Below, one piece after another: positions 11,523-22,242 of a DNA stretch of 64,000 bases. Below the pieces are notes generated by a model. It was not told the origin of the DNA and did not search any database. It saw only the letters and a list, made by a program, of their open reading frames with translations. Within the stretch, counting starts at the first letter, position 1; each line of letters opens with the position of its first letter. The stretch is from a bacterium (GTDB taxonomy: Bacteria > UBA8248), in the NCBI GenBank assembly GCA_965213625.1, contig CBDBZU010000004.1:1056001-1120000 (forward strand), in the 5' to 3' direction. Both the position numbers and the translations under genes were made by a program.

Positions 11523-12491
11523 TTGTCTGAAGAAAAAGCGCCTCTGGGCGATGAGCGCATGCAGACGATGTACCGCGATATGCTGCGCATACGCCGCTTC
11601 GAGGAGACGGCGTTCGAGTTGTTCGAACAAGGCGAAGTGGTGGGCGGCATCCACGTGAGCATCGGGCAGGAGGGCTGCTCGGTCGGCGCGTGCAGTACGC
11701 TCCGAGAAGACGATGCGATTCTCACCACTCACCGGGGCCACGGCCATTCCATCGCCAAGGGAACGCGCCTGCCCGAGATGATGGCGGAGCTTCTGGGCAA
11801 GGCGACGGGGCTTTGCCACGCCAAGGGCGGCTCCATGCACATTGCCGACGTGTCGAAGGGCCACTACGGGGCGCATTCCATCGTGGGCTCGAACATGCCC
11901 ATGGGAGTGGGCATCGGCCTCGCCTTTCATTTCGATGGCAAGGGCCAGGTGGCGGTCATCTTTTTCGGCGACGGCGCAGCGAACGAGGGCAGCTTTCACG
12001 AGTCGATGAACCTGGCCGCGATATGGAAACTCCCCGTCATCTTCTTTTGCGAGAACAATCATTTCGCCTCGAGCACCCGGGTGGGGTACGCCACTTCGGT
12101 GGCGGACATCAGCGCGCGGGCGGCGGGCTACGACATACCCGGCGTGACGGTGGACGGCATGGACGTGCTTGCTGTCAATGAGGTGATGGTCGAGGCCGTG
12201 GATCGCGCGAGGAGGGGCCTGGGCCCCAGCCTCGTCGAGGCGAAGACTTACCGGTATTTCGGCCATTCGAGAAAAGACCCGCAGTTCGGACCGTACCGCA
12301 CGGAGGAGGAGTGGAAGGAGTGGAAGGCGAAAGACCCCCTCCTCGTGGCGGAGAAGATACTCGGCGTGAGCGAGGCGCAGAAAAAAGCGCACGATGAAGC
12401 GGTGGAAAATGAGTTGCAGGATGCGCTCTCCTTCGCGCGGCAAAGTCCCGAACCCGAACCCGACGATGTGTATGAGGATTTATATGCCTGA
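11523..12491 (+). CDS. ThDP-dependent 2-oxoacid/acetoin dehydrogenase E1 alpha subunit, copy 1
   Basis: IGQE, THRGHGH, KGGSMH, GDGA..N ThDP motif, TYRYFGHS; probable TTG start after AAGGAG. Confidence 0.92.
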   Translation: MSEEKAPLGDERMQTMYRDMLRIRRFEETAFELFEQGEVVGGIHVSIGQEGCSVGACSTLREDDAILTTHRGHGHSIAKGTRLPEMMAELLGKATGLCHAKGGSMHIADVSKGHYGAHSIVGSNMPMGVGIGLAFHFDGKGQVAVIFFGDGAANEGSFHESMNLAAIWKLPVIFFCENNHFASSTRVGYATSVADISARAAGYDIPGVTVDGMDVLAVNEVMVEAVDRARRGLGPSLVEAKTYRYFGHSRKDPQFGPYRTEEEWKEWKAKDPLLVAEKILGVSEAQKKAHDEAVENELQDALSFARQSPEPEPDDVYEDLYA

Positions 12492-13470
12492 TGTGAAGAC
12501 GCGAACCATTTCATACTCTACTGCGATTAACGAGGCGCTCCATGAGGAGATGGCGCGCGACGAAAAAGTGTTCCTGATGGGGGAAGATGTCGCGCTCTCC
12601 GCCATATCGCCCGCCACGGCGGGTCTGGGCGACAGGTTCGGCCACGAGCGGGTTCGCAACACGCCCATCAGCGAACTCGGTTTCACCGGAGCGGCCGTCG
12701 GCGCCGCGATGGCGGGCTATCGGCCCGTGCTCGACATGCGGCGCATCGATTTCATGATGCTGGCCATCGACCCCATCGCGAACCAGGCGGCCAAGCTGCG
12801 CTACATGCTCGGTGGCCAGGTGAGCATACCGCTGGTCATCCGGGCGCCAGAGGGCGGCGGTTCCCAGAACGGCCCGACGCACAGCCAGTGCCTCGAGGCC
12901 TGGTTCATCCAGGTGCCGGGCCTGCGCGTCATCGTGCCGAGCGACCCCGCCGACGCAAAAGGGCTATTGAAATCAGCGATCCGGGAGGACAACCCCGTGC
13001 TCTTCGTGGAATACCGCGCGCTCTATTCCCTGGAAGGCCCCGTGCCGGAGGGCGACCATACCGAGCCCATCGGGAAGGCAGCGGTCAAAAGAGAAGGAAG
13101 CGACATCACCTTGATCGGCATCGGAAGCCAGGCGCGCAGTTGTCTCGAAGCAGCGGAGTTGCTCGCGGGCGAGGGGGTCGACGCCGAGGTGGTGGACCCC
13201 AGGACCATCAATCCCCTGGATGTGGAGGGGCTTGCGGATTCAGTGCGTAAAACAGGTCGTTGCATCGTAGCCGAAGAAGGGCACAAGAGCGGCGGGGTGG
13301 GCGCCGAGATCGCGGCCTCGATGCAGGAGGCGGCATTCGGCGCACTCAAGACTCCCATCGTCCGCGTGGCTGCCCTCGACGTGCCCGTGCCCGTTCACAC
13401 GAAACTCGAAGCCATCGTCCTGCCAAACACGGAGAAAATCGTGGCGGCGGCGAAAAAAGTCCTTTCATAG
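12484..13470 (+). CDS. E1 beta subunit (transketolase-like), copy 1
   Basis: GEDV, TPISE.GF.G, HSQ, DAKGLL, EEG motifs. Confidence 0.92.
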   Translation: MPDVKTRTISYSTAINEALHEEMARDEKVFLMGEDVALSAISPATAGLGDRFGHERVRNTPISELGFTGAAVGAAMAGYRPVLDMRRIDFMMLAIDPIANQAAKLRYMLGGQVSIPLVIRAPEGGGSQNGPTHSQCLEAWFIQVPGLRVIVPSDPADAKGLLKSAIREDNPVLFVEYRALYSLEGPVPEGDHTEPIGKAAVKREGSDITLIGIGSQARSCLEAAELLAGEGVDAEVVDPRTINPLDVEGLADSVRKTGRCIVAEEGHKSGGVGAEIAASMQEAAFGALKTPIVRVAALDVPVPVHTKLEAIVLPNTEKIVAAAKKVLS

Positions 13471-13481
13471 AGGAATTCTTC

Positions 13482-14450
13482 TTGGCCAGGTCGACTTCCA
13501 GGTTATCCCGAAAACGCCTGGGCGAAATGTACCGCACCATGCTCCGGATCCGCCGTTTCGAGGAGACGGCGGATGATCTCTATATGGCGGGCAAGGTGGT
13601 GGGCGGGGTGCACGTGAGCATCGGCCAGGAGGCGTGTTCCGCCGGCGTATGCGCGGCCTTGCGGGAGGATGACGCCGTGCTCACCACCCACCGGGGGCAT
13701 GGACACTCCATCGCCAAGGGAACGCGCCTGCCCGAGATGCTGGCCGAACTGATGGGCAAGGTGACCGGCCTTTGCCGCTCCAAGGGCGGCTCGATGCACA
13801 TTGCCGACGTGTCGAAGGGCCACTACGGGGCGCATTCCATCGTGGGGGCGAACATGCCGATGGCGGCGGGCATCGGCCTCGCGTATCAACTCGAGGGAAA
13901 AGGCCAGGTGGCGGTGGTCTTCTTCGGCGACGGGGCTTCGAACAACGGAGCGTTTCACGAGGCGATGAACCTGTGCGCCATCTGGAAGCTGCCGGTGGTC
14001 TTTTTCTGCGAGAACAACCAGTACGCCGTCAGCGTGCCGGCGGAGTATTCCACATCGGTGGAGGACATCAGCGTGCGCTCGAAGGGCTACGACGCTCCCG
14101 GCCTGACGGTGGACGGCATGGACGTGGCGGCGGTGTATGAGGCGAGCCGCGAGGCCGTGGCGCACGCGCGGCGCGGTCTGGGGCCGAGCCTCGTCGAGGC
14201 GAAGACCTACCGGTTTTTCGGCCACTCGCGCGGCGATCCGCACTACGGCATGTACCGGACGAAAGAGGAATGGGAGGGCTGGAAAGGGAGAGACCCCCTC
14301 ATCGTGTGCGAGAAGATGCTCAAAATGACGGCGAAGCAGAAGAAGGCGCATGCCGACGCGGTGGAGGCGGAGATACGCGAAGCCATCGAGTTTGCGGAGA
14401 GTAGTCCCGAGCCCGAGGAAAGCGTGGCGCTCGAGGACATCTTCGCCTGA
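13482..14450 (+). CDS. ThDP-dependent E1 alpha subunit, copy 2
   Basis: Same motifs as copy 1; probable TTG start after GAGGA. Confidence 0.92.
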   Translation: MARSTSRLSRKRLGEMYRTMLRIRRFEETADDLYMAGKVVGGVHVSIGQEACSAGVCAALREDDAVLTTHRGHGHSIAKGTRLPEMLAELMGKVTGLCRSKGGSMHIADVSKGHYGAHSIVGANMPMAAGIGLAYQLEGKGQVAVVFFGDGASNNGAFHEAMNLCAIWKLPVVFFCENNQYAVSVPAEYSTSVEDISVRSKGYDAPGLTVDGMDVAAVYEASREAVAHARRGLGPSLVEAKTYRFFGHSRGDPHYGMYRTKEEWEGWKGRDPLIVCEKMLKMTAKQKKAHADAVEAEIREAIEFAESSPEPEESVALEDIFA

Positions 14451-14463
14451 GAGGGAACGCGGG

Positions 14464-15447
14464 ATGCCTGAACTCACATACGTCGAAGCCCTGAACGAGG
14501 CGCTCCATGAAGAGATGGCGCGCGATGAGAAGGTATTCCTCATGGGCGAGGACGTGGCGTTCGATTATTTCGGCGTGTGCTCGGGGCTGGCCGATCGCTT
14601 CGGCCGGGACCGGGTGCGCGATACGCCCATCTGCGAACTTGGCTTCACGGGCGCAGGCGTGGGCGCGGCGATGGCGGGCTTTCGCCCCATCGTGGATTTG
14701 CGATTCATGGATTTCACCACCTACGCGCTCGACCCCATCGTGAACCAGGCGGCGAAGCTGCGCTACATGCTGGGTGGGCAGCTCTCGGTTCCCATGGTGG
14801 CGCGGATACCCAGCGGCGCGGGTCTTCAATACGGGGCGACGCACGGGCAATCGCTCGAAGCGTGGTTCATGCAGGTGCCGGGCCTGAAAGTCCTCTACCC
14901 AAGCTGTCCATCCGACGCCAAGGGTCTGCTCAAGGCCGCCGTTCGGGATGACAATCCGGTCATGTTCATCGAACACAGGCTGCTTTACGCGCAAAAGACG
15001 AAGCAAAACGTTCCCGAAGGCGATTACACCACACCCATCGGTGTGGCTGAAGTGAAGCGCGCGGGCGCGGACGCCACCATCGTGGGAATCGGCTATCAGA
15101 TGGGCCATTGCCTGGAGGCGGCGGAGGCTCTGGCGGGAGAGGGAATCGAGTGCGAGGTCATCGACCCGCGCTCGCTCACGCCCCTGGACGTGGAGACCAT
15201 CACGGCCTCCGTGCGCAAGACGAGCCGCTGCGTCATCGTTGAAGAAGGTCACCTGAGGAGCGGCGTGGGGGCCGAGATTTCAGCCGCCATACAGGAGGCG
15301 GTCTTCGAGTACCTCGACGCGCCCATCGGCCGCGTGGCCGCGCTCATGGCGCCGATTCCCGTTCAGACGAAACTCGAGAAATTTGTGCTCCCCAGCACGG
15401 AGAAAGTCATCGCGGCCGTCCGCAAGGCGCTGGGTGTCTCCGCCTGA
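14464..15447 (+). CDS. E1 beta subunit, copy 2
   Basis: GEDV, TPICE.GF.G, HGQ, DAKGLL. Confidence 0.92.
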   Translation: MPELTYVEALNEALHEEMARDEKVFLMGEDVAFDYFGVCSGLADRFGRDRVRDTPICELGFTGAGVGAAMAGFRPIVDLRFMDFTTYALDPIVNQAAKLRYMLGGQLSVPMVARIPSGAGLQYGATHGQSLEAWFMQVPGLKVLYPSCPSDAKGLLKAAVRDDNPVMFIEHRLLYAQKTKQNVPEGDYTTPIGVAEVKRAGADATIVGIGYQMGHCLEAAEALAGEGIECEVIDPRSLTPLDVETITASVRKTSRCVIVEEGHLRSGVGAEISAAIQEAVFEYLDAPIGRVAALMAPIPVQTKLEKFVLPSTEKVIAAVRKALGVSA

Positions 15448-15450
15448 TCC

Positions 15451-16434
15451 TCAGTCCTGAGCGACGATGGGGTTTCGCAAGACCCCCACATGCTCGACCT
15501 CGCATTCCACAACGTCTCCCGGCTTGAGGAGGAAGGGTTCCGGGTCTTCCTGCTCCAGGGCCACGCCGCAGAACGTGCCCGATGAGATGATGTCTCCCGG
15601 CTCCAGCGACATCTGGCTGTAGAAGGCGATTAGCTCGGGTATCTTGAAGATCATGTCGGTCAGCAGTTCATCCTGGCGCGTCTTGCCGTTCACCCGGCAC
15701 TGCACGTGGAGCGATTCGGGGTTCGGCACCTCGTCCGCCGTGACGATGTAGGGGCCGATGGGATTTGTGGTGTCGAAGTTCTTGCCAAGGAACACGCCGC
15801 CCAGAGCGGCGGAGCGTTGCACCTCGCGCGCCGTGATATCGTTGTAGACCGTGTAGCCCATAATGACGTCGAAGGCGTTTTCGGGCTTCACGTCCTTACA
15901 GTGTTTGCCGATGATGAATCCGACTTCCACCTCATAATCCAGCATCTTTGTCTGCTTGGGATAGAGCACGGGCTCTTCGTGGCCGACGAGCGAAGTGTCG
16001 AAGCGCGGCGCGCCCGGCACGTTATCGGGGACTGCATGGCCCGTGTTTGCGACGTGCTTGTTCGAGTTGAGTCCGGTGTGGAAGAACTTGCCGGGATGGG
16101 GGATCGGCGCCCTCAAGCGAACGTGCCTGTCCTTCAGGGCGGCGAGTTCGCCATCCGGCCCCGCAGGTTCTCCGCCGGCGGCGATAATGGCCTCCGCATT
16201 TCCGAGCGCCGCGCCCGCCGCCGCCATGGCCGGTTCTCCGCCGCAGAGAAAATCGCGCATATCCCGTGGAATCCGCGCGTTCGCCATGGCGTAGGGACGT
16301 CCTTCCCCCTCTTTTTCCACGAGATAGCTCGCATAGGCGAGCCGCAGGTCGAGCATCCTCCCGTCATTCAGGACGGCGCCCAAGCGGTCTCCGGTGGCGC
16401 CAGGCGATAGGTTCTGGTAGGTGGCGAGTTTCAT
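15451..16434 (-). CDS. Fumarylacetoacetate hydrolase family protein
   Basis: LDYEVE, NDITAR, GKNFDT, PGDIISSGT. Confidence 0.9.
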   Translation of the reverse strand: MKLATYQNLSPGATGDRLGAVLNDGRMLDLRLAYASYLVEKEGEGRPYAMANARIPRDMRDFLCGGEPAMAAAGAALGNAEAIIAAGGEPAGPDGELAALKDRHVRLRAPIPHPGKFFHTGLNSNKHVANTGHAVPDNVPGAPRFDTSLVGHEEPVLYPKQTKMLDYEVEVGFIIGKHCKDVKPENAFDVIMGYTVYNDITAREVQRSAALGGVFLGKNFDTTNPIGPYIVTADEVPNPESLHVQCRVNGKTRQDELLTDMIFKIPELIAFYSQMSLEPGDIISSGTFCGVALEQEDPEPFLLKPGDVVECEVEHVGVLRNPIVAQD

Positions 16435-16688
16435 GGACGTCTCCTTTCGGTGATGGAAGCTAAGAATCGCGCATGTATGGGGGGACGCGCATCGCAATTT
16501 CCGCATCCTACAGAACGAAAGCGCGCGTTGTCCATGAAGTGGTGAGCTGCACGGCGTATGGAGAATTGGAAGGTTTTTGGTTTTGCACAAGCGTGACGGC
16601 TCTTGACGAGCCGGGGAAAGAAAGAGATAACTGGAGAATCACATAAAAGCGTTGTATTTGTTTATCGTTTTTCGGTAAGGGTTTCATC

Positions 16689-17708
16689 ATGCGTACTTAT
16701 ATCATCAGACGCTGCCTGCAAAGTTTCATTGTGTTCGGTGCGATATTGATCATCGTGTTCTCGATGCTCCAGATTACCGGGAACCCCGCAGCCGTCCTCA
16801 TGCCGCTCGATTCCACGGAAGAGGACATCCAGGCCTTCAGCAAGGAGATGGGCTTCGATCAGCCCATACCGATCCAGTTCGCCAAGTTCATCCTTGGCTC
16901 GGACCTGGTGGACAATTTGCTCGGCTCCGAAAGAGAGAAAGAGAAAATCGATGAACTCGAGCGCGACCCCGACGCGCCCAAGATCGTCAGGACCAAGGGC
17001 GTGATTCGAGGCGATTTCGGTTTCTCCTACCGCCACGAGATACCGGCGATGGGCCTCGTGCTCGAGCATTTCCCGAACACGGTTCTCTTGGCCCTGGTGG
17101 CGGTCCTGATCGCCGTGGTGATCTCCATACCCGCCGGGGTCTTGTCGGCGACTTTCCGCAACACGTGGATCGACTACACCAGCTCGGTCGGTGCGATGTT
17201 CGGCCAGTCGATGCCGAACTTCTGGCTCGGTCTTGTGCTCATCATCGTCTTCGCCGTTTATCTGGGCTGGCTGCCCACGTCGGGTTACGATGCCTGGTAT
17301 TACATCATCCTGCCGTCGATCACGGCGGGTCTTTACGCCACCGCGCGCATTACGCGTCTGGTGCGCTCCCAGATGCTCGACGTGCTGGGCATGGACTACG
17401 TGCGTACGGCGCGCTCGAAGGGAATCGTGGAGTGGCTCGTGGTAGTGCGCCACGCGCTCAAGAACGCGTCGATTCCCGTCGTCACCCTGGTGGGTTTCGA
17501 ACTGGGCATTCTGTTGGGCGGCACGGTGGTGACCGAAGCCGTTTTCGCGTGGCCGGGCGTGGGATTTCTGGTGGTGGACGCCATCAATAACCAGGACTAC
17601 CCCATCGTCCAGGCGGCGGTGGCGTTGCTTGCGTTCGTGTTCGTTTTCGTGAATCTCGTGGTCGACATCTTGTACGCATGGCTCGACCCGAGGATTTCCT
17701 ATAGCTAG
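16689..17708 (+). CDS. Peptide/nickel ABC permease (DppB-like)
   Basis: GDFGFSY, YVRTARSKG, HALKNA, E.VFAWPG.G. Confidence 0.93.
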   Translation: MRTYIIRRCLQSFIVFGAILIIVFSMLQITGNPAAVLMPLDSTEEDIQAFSKEMGFDQPIPIQFAKFILGSDLVDNLLGSEREKEKIDELERDPDAPKIVRTKGVIRGDFGFSYRHEIPAMGLVLEHFPNTVLLALVAVLIAVVISIPAGVLSATFRNTWIDYTSSVGAMFGQSMPNFWLGLVLIIVFAVYLGWLPTSGYDAWYYIILPSITAGLYATARITRLVRSQMLDVLGMDYVRTARSKGIVEWLVVVRHALKNASIPVVTLVGFELGILLGGTVVTEAVFAWPGVGFLVVDAINNQDYPIVQAAVALLAFVFVFVNLVVDILYAWLDPRISYS

Positions 17709-17724
17709 AGGATAAGGACACGCG

Positions 17725-18654
17725 ATGGTTGTCGACGACAGGGCGGCGACGCTCGACATCGAAATTGATGAGGACATGGAACGCGGGCCGAGCGATTTTC
17801 AGCTGGCCATTCAGGAACTCAAGCGCAGGCCGCCGGCGATCTTTGGTGCGTTTTTCGTCTCTCTCGTTATCATATTCGCCCTCGTGCCGGATTTGTTCTC
17901 TCCGCTGGACCCGCTCTCGCAGGACCTGGGGCGCTATCTCAAGGCGCCCGGCTTTGTGGACAAGGCGGGAGATACCTACTGGCTCGGCACCGACCAGCAG
18001 GGCCGCGATATCTTAAGCCGCATCATCTGGGGCTCGCGCATATCGCTCATCGTCGGCATCGCCGCCGTCATCGTGAGCGGACTCATCGGCATCACGGTCG
18101 GCATATTCGCGGGCTATTTCGGCGGCTGGGTGGATACCGTCATCAGCCGCATCATCGATACGGCCCTGGCCGTTCCCTTCATCCTGCTGGCCATCAGCCT
18201 GGTGGCGATACTGGGGCCGAGCCTGCAGAACATCGTCCTGGTCATTGCGCTCAGGACCTGGCTCGTCTACGCGCGGGTGGTGCGCGCGGAGGTTCTCTCC
18301 ATCAAGGAGAACGAGTTTGTTACCGGCGCGAAGGCGACCGGCTGCGGCACGATACGGATCCTGTTCATCTACCTCTTCCCGAACGTGGCTTCCACGACCA
18401 TCGTCATCGCCACCCTGTACCTGGGCCGGATGATCATCATCGAATCCGCACTCTCCTTCCTGGGGCTGGGCGTGCCGCCTCCCACGCCGACGTGGGGCGG
18501 AATGCTCGCCGACGGCAGGAGCTTCCTCGACACGGCCTGGTGGATAGCGCTCTTCCCGGGCCTCATCCTCATGCTCACGGTCCTGAGTGTGAACCTTCTG
18601 GGCGACTGGCTGCGCGACGTGCTCGACCCGAGAATGAAGCGCCTGGCCGATTAG
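17725..18654 (+). CDS. Peptide/nickel ABC permease (DppC-like)
   Basis: LGTDQQGRDI, ESALSFLGLG, WGGML, NLLGDWLRD. Confidence 0.93.
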   Translation: MVVDDRAATLDIEIDEDMERGPSDFQLAIQELKRRPPAIFGAFFVSLVIIFALVPDLFSPLDPLSQDLGRYLKAPGFVDKAGDTYWLGTDQQGRDILSRIIWGSRISLIVGIAAVIVSGLIGITVGIFAGYFGGWVDTVISRIIDTALAVPFILLAISLVAILGPSLQNIVLVIALRTWLVYARVVRAEVLSIKENEFVTGAKATGCGTIRILFIYLFPNVASTTIVIATLYLGRMIIIESALSFLGLGVPPPTPTWGGMLADGRSFLDTAWWIALFPGLILMLTVLSVNLLGDWLRDVLDPRMKRLAD

Positions 18655-18679
18655 CGCCCACCGCGGGAGGAACCTCTCC

Positions 18680-19672
18680 ATGTCGAACCCCGAACTTCCC
18701 TCGAGCGTTCTCGTGCGCGATGTCGTCATGCGCGACGGCATCCAGAACCTGAAACAGGTGCTGCCCACGGAACTTAAAATCGAGATTATCGAAGGGCTCG
18801 CCGACGCCGGTATCCGCCGCATCGAGGCCACGAGCTTCATGAACCCAAAGGCGGTTCCCGCCACGGCTGACGCGGATGAGGTGATGCGCCGCATCAAGAG
18901 AAAGCCGGGCGTGCTGTATGAGTGCCTGGTCGCCAACGAGCGCGGCGCGCGCCGGGCGGTGGACGCAGGGAGCGACGGGGTTCAGCAGGTCATCTCCATC
19001 ACGGACGTGCATAACCGCGCGAACGTGAACCGCTCCGTGAAGCAGAGCCTGGATGAGATGGCCAAAATCTCTAAAATCGTGAAGGGTGCGGGCATCCCCT
19101 TCAGCGGGGCGATAAGCCTCTCGACGGGGTGTCCCTACACCGGGCGCGTAGCCGAAGAGGTGGTCTACGACATCGCCGAGAAATACGACGGGCTGGGTGT
19201 GGACGAGTTTTTCCTGTGCGATTCGATGGGCATGGGCGACCCCGCGCGGATGGGCCGCATGGTGAGCGAACTTAAAGCTCGCTGGCCGGAGAAGGGTCTC
19301 GTCGTGCACCTGCACAACACGCGGGGCATGGGGCTCGCCAACGCTCTGGCTTCGATGCAGGCGGGAGCGGACGTGCTGGACGGTTCCCTGGGCGGCATCG
19401 GGGGCTGTCCCTTCGCGCCGAACGCCTCGGGCAACATATCGACCGAGGACCTGGCCCACATGTTATGGCTGATGGAGGTGGAAACGGGGGTGGACGTGGA
19501 TGCACTTATCCATCTCGCGGAAAAGCTGGCCGACGCCATGGAAGCGCCCATGTACGGGACGGTGCTCAAGGCGGGGAAGAGCTTTAAGAAGACGCCTACG
19601 CCCGAGTGGCTCCTGGTGGATGAGGACGCCCGCACCACCCAGGCGGTGGATGAGTTGGCCGTGCGGTTCTAG
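18680..19672 (+). CDS. HMG-CoA lyase family protein
   Basis: RDGIQN, HLHNTRG, GGIGGCPFAP..SGN..TEDL. Confidence 0.9.
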   Translation: MSNPELPSSVLVRDVVMRDGIQNLKQVLPTELKIEIIEGLADAGIRRIEATSFMNPKAVPATADADEVMRRIKRKPGVLYECLVANERGARRAVDAGSDGVQQVISITDVHNRANVNRSVKQSLDEMAKISKIVKGAGIPFSGAISLSTGCPYTGRVAEEVVYDIAEKYDGLGVDEFFLCDSMGMGDPARMGRMVSELKARWPEKGLVVHLHNTRGMGLANALASMQAGADVLDGSLGGIGGCPFAPNASGNISTEDLAHMLWLMEVETGVDVDALIHLAEKLADAMEAPMYGTVLKAGKSFKKTPTPEWLLVDEDARTTQAVDELAVRF

Positions 19673-19808
19673 CTAGGCGGGATGAGGGTTTTACAGGGGC
19701 GTCATTCAAGGGGGGAGTGATTCTTCTCTCTCCCCGGTAGGTAAGATACGCTCGGTCTCGAAACCAGAACTTTTCAACAAACGCTTCCCGGTCGCGATTG
19801 ACCCGCCA

Positions 19809-21020
19809 TCACCCCAGGTCGATTCCCTCACGCTTTAGTTTTTCTTCCGTGTAGCCGAGGCGATCCACCAAGACCTCGCGGTTGCTGTTTCCCAGGGGCT
19901 CGCCCGCATGGCGCACCTTGCCGGGCGTGCGCGAGAGCTTGCCGAAGGCCTCCTGCATCCGCACCGGGCCGCCGAGTTCCGCATCTTGCACCTCGGTGAT
20001 GTTCCCCCGCGCGACCACTTGTTCGTTCTCCACCACCATCTTCACGTTGTTGATGGGGGTGGCCGCGCCGTCGAACTCGGTCAAGCGTTCCATCACCTCA
20101 TCGAGCGTCAGGGTATTCAGGGTCTTCTGGAGTTCATCCTCGATGGCGTCCGCGTTCTTCATACGCTCACGGTTGTCGGCGAACCTGGGGTCAGCTATCA
20201 GATCCTCGCGTCCCAGGCCCTTGCAGATGTTCTCGAAGATGGACTGGTTCGAACCCGCGATGAGCACCCATTGGCCGTCTTTGGTCTCGAAGTTGTTCCG
20301 GGGCACCGCGAACTCGAGGCGCGAGCCGCTTCTGCCCTGGATGAAGCCGAGTTGATCGTAATAGATCACCTGGGGACCCAGCATGGTGAGCAACTGCTCG
20401 TAGATCGCCAGATCTATCTGCTGGCCCGCGCCGCCCCTCCGCTCGCGCTCGAGTAGGGCGGTCATCACCAGAAACGCCGCGCCGATGCCCGTGGAGCAAT
20501 CGCCCAGCCCCCAGGAGGGACTGAGGGGTGGGCCGTCGGGGTAGCCGTTGATGTGGCTGAAGCCCGCGAAGGCCTCGGCCAGGGAGCCGAATCCGGGGCG
20601 GTTTTTGTACGGCCCCGTTCTGCCGAATCCCGTGATGGAGAGCATGATGACGGCGGGGTTCACCTCTTTTAATTTCTCGTAGTCGAGCCCCCATTTTTCG
20701 AGTACACCGGTGCGGTAGTTCTCCACCACGACGTCGGCCCCGGCCACGAGTTTCTTGACCGCCTCGACGCCGAAGGGGGTTCTCAAGTCGAGCGTGACGC
20801 TCTTCTTGTTGCGGTTGATCATCTTGTAGTAGAGGCCCACGCCGTTTTTGTTGTGGCCCCAAAGGCGCATGGGATCGCCGCCCCTGGGATTTTCGATCTT
20901 GACGACGCCCGCACCGTAGTCGGCGAGATACATGGTGCAGAGCGGCCCCGCCAGATAGTTCGACATATCCACGACCCGCACGCCTTCCAAAGGCATGCGC
21001 GTGGTTTGCTCATCGTTCAT
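19809..21020 (-). CDS. CoA-transferase family III (CaiB/BaiF)
   Basis: LEGVRVVD, AGP, NRNKKSVTLDL, ENYR, GD. Confidence 0.93.
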   Translation of the reverse strand: MNDEQTTRMPLEGVRVVDMSNYLAGPLCTMYLADYGAGVVKIENPRGGDPMRLWGHNKNGVGLYYKMINRNKKSVTLDLRTPFGVEAVKKLVAGADVVVENYRTGVLEKWGLDYEKLKEVNPAVIMLSITGFGRTGPYKNRPGFGSLAEAFAGFSHINGYPDGPPLSPSWGLGDCSTGIGAAFLVMTALLERERRGGAGQQIDLAIYEQLLTMLGPQVIYYDQLGFIQGRSGSRLEFAVPRNNFETKDGQWVLIAGSNQSIFENICKGLGREDLIADPRFADNRERMKNADAIEDELQKTLNTLTLDEVMERLTEFDGAATPINNVKMVVENEQVVARGNITEVQDAELGGPVRMQEAFGKLSRTPGKVRHAGEPLGNSNREVLVDRLGYTEEKLKREGIDLG

Positions 21021-21129
21021 GGGTTTTCCTCACGAGAAAATGTTCGCTTGCGTGTTCAGGAAACGGGGAGAATGCTATCATCCGGCGAAGCCTTTTGAAA
21101 TCAACCGAAGACTTTACGGGGAGAAAGCG

Positions 21130-22242
21130 ATGGGCTACCGGGGGATGCACGTCGTGGACGCCGACGCGCACTATCTCGAGGAAATCCGCGATTTCGCCAA
21201 GTACCTGAAGGGTCCCTCCGTCGAGCGCTTCGCCGACTGGAGCGGGCAGTACCACATGCCCGCCCTCGTGGGGGATCAGTACGACGTCATGCTTCACGGC
21301 CGTACCGTGCGGGGCGCCGAGGCCGGTAAGGGCGATCAGGACGAGATGCTCGGCATGTCGAGTCCCGCCGACATCCCCGTCGTGATGGAGCGCTTCGGCA
21401 TCGATACCATCGTCATGATTCCCACCTACATGCTCATGGTCGAGTTCGTGCGCAATGCGAACCACGCAATGGACATCTGCAACGGCTACATCGACTACAT
21501 GCTGGACGGCGTGTGCGCGCCAGAGGAGGGAATCTACACGCTGGTAGTGGCCGCAGGCCGCGACCCAGAACGCGCCGCGAAGATGATAGACCGCGTGGCG
21601 GGCAATCCGGCAGTCTGCGGGGTGGAGATGCTCGGCAGCGTCGAGCTTCCCCTGGGCGCCGAGGCGTACAATCCCATCTACGAGGCGGCGCAGCACCACG
21701 GGCTTCCCATCGTCTTGCACGCGAACTTCCTGGGGCCCGACCTTTCGAGCTTCGCCAAGTTTCCCTCCTTCGTCGAGAGCCACGCGCTGGACATGACCTG
21801 GTGCAACCAGGTGCAACTGGTGAGCATGGTGATGGAGGGAGTGCCCGAGCGGTACCCGGACCTCAAGATCGTCTTTCAGGAAAGCGGCATCACCTGGGTG
21901 GCGGGCCTCATGTACCGTCTGGACACCGAATACATGCGCCGCCGGGTGGAAGCACCCCTGCTCAGGAAGCTGCCGAGCGAATACATCAAGGATTTCTACT
22001 TCGGCACCCAGCCGATGGAGGAGATGCCGAGAAAACAGCTCAGGATGTTCTTCGAGATGCTCGATGCGGAGAACACTTTCCTGTTCGCGAGCGACTGGCC
22101 CCATTTCGATTACGACGAACCCTCGGCCATTGCAGACCTCCCGTTCTTAAGCGAGGCGGGCCGCCGCAAGATCATGGGCGAGAACGCCTTGGGCGTCTTC
22201 CGCTTCACGGAAAAGACGGTGAACCTGGAGGTGAGCGCGTAG
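21130..22242 (+). CDS. Amidohydrolase_2-fold protein; probable dinuclear oxygenase
   Basis: DADAH, LH, FQESG, SDWPHFD metal-ligand pattern; overlaps the Rieske gene. Confidence 0.85.
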   Translation: MGYRGMHVVDADAHYLEEIRDFAKYLKGPSVERFADWSGQYHMPALVGDQYDVMLHGRTVRGAEAGKGDQDEMLGMSSPADIPVVMERFGIDTIVMIPTYMLMVEFVRNANHAMDICNGYIDYMLDGVCAPEEGIYTLVVAAGRDPERAAKMIDRVAGNPAVCGVEMLGSVELPLGAEAYNPIYEAAQHHGLPIVLHANFLGPDLSSFAKFPSFVESHALDMTWCNQVQLVSMVMEGVPERYPDLKIVFQESGITWVAGLMYRLDTEYMRRRVEAPLLRKLPSEYIKDFYFGTQPMEEMPRKQLRMFFEMLDAENTFLFASDWPHFDYDEPSAIADLPFLSEAGRRKIMGENALGVFRFTEKTVNLEVSA

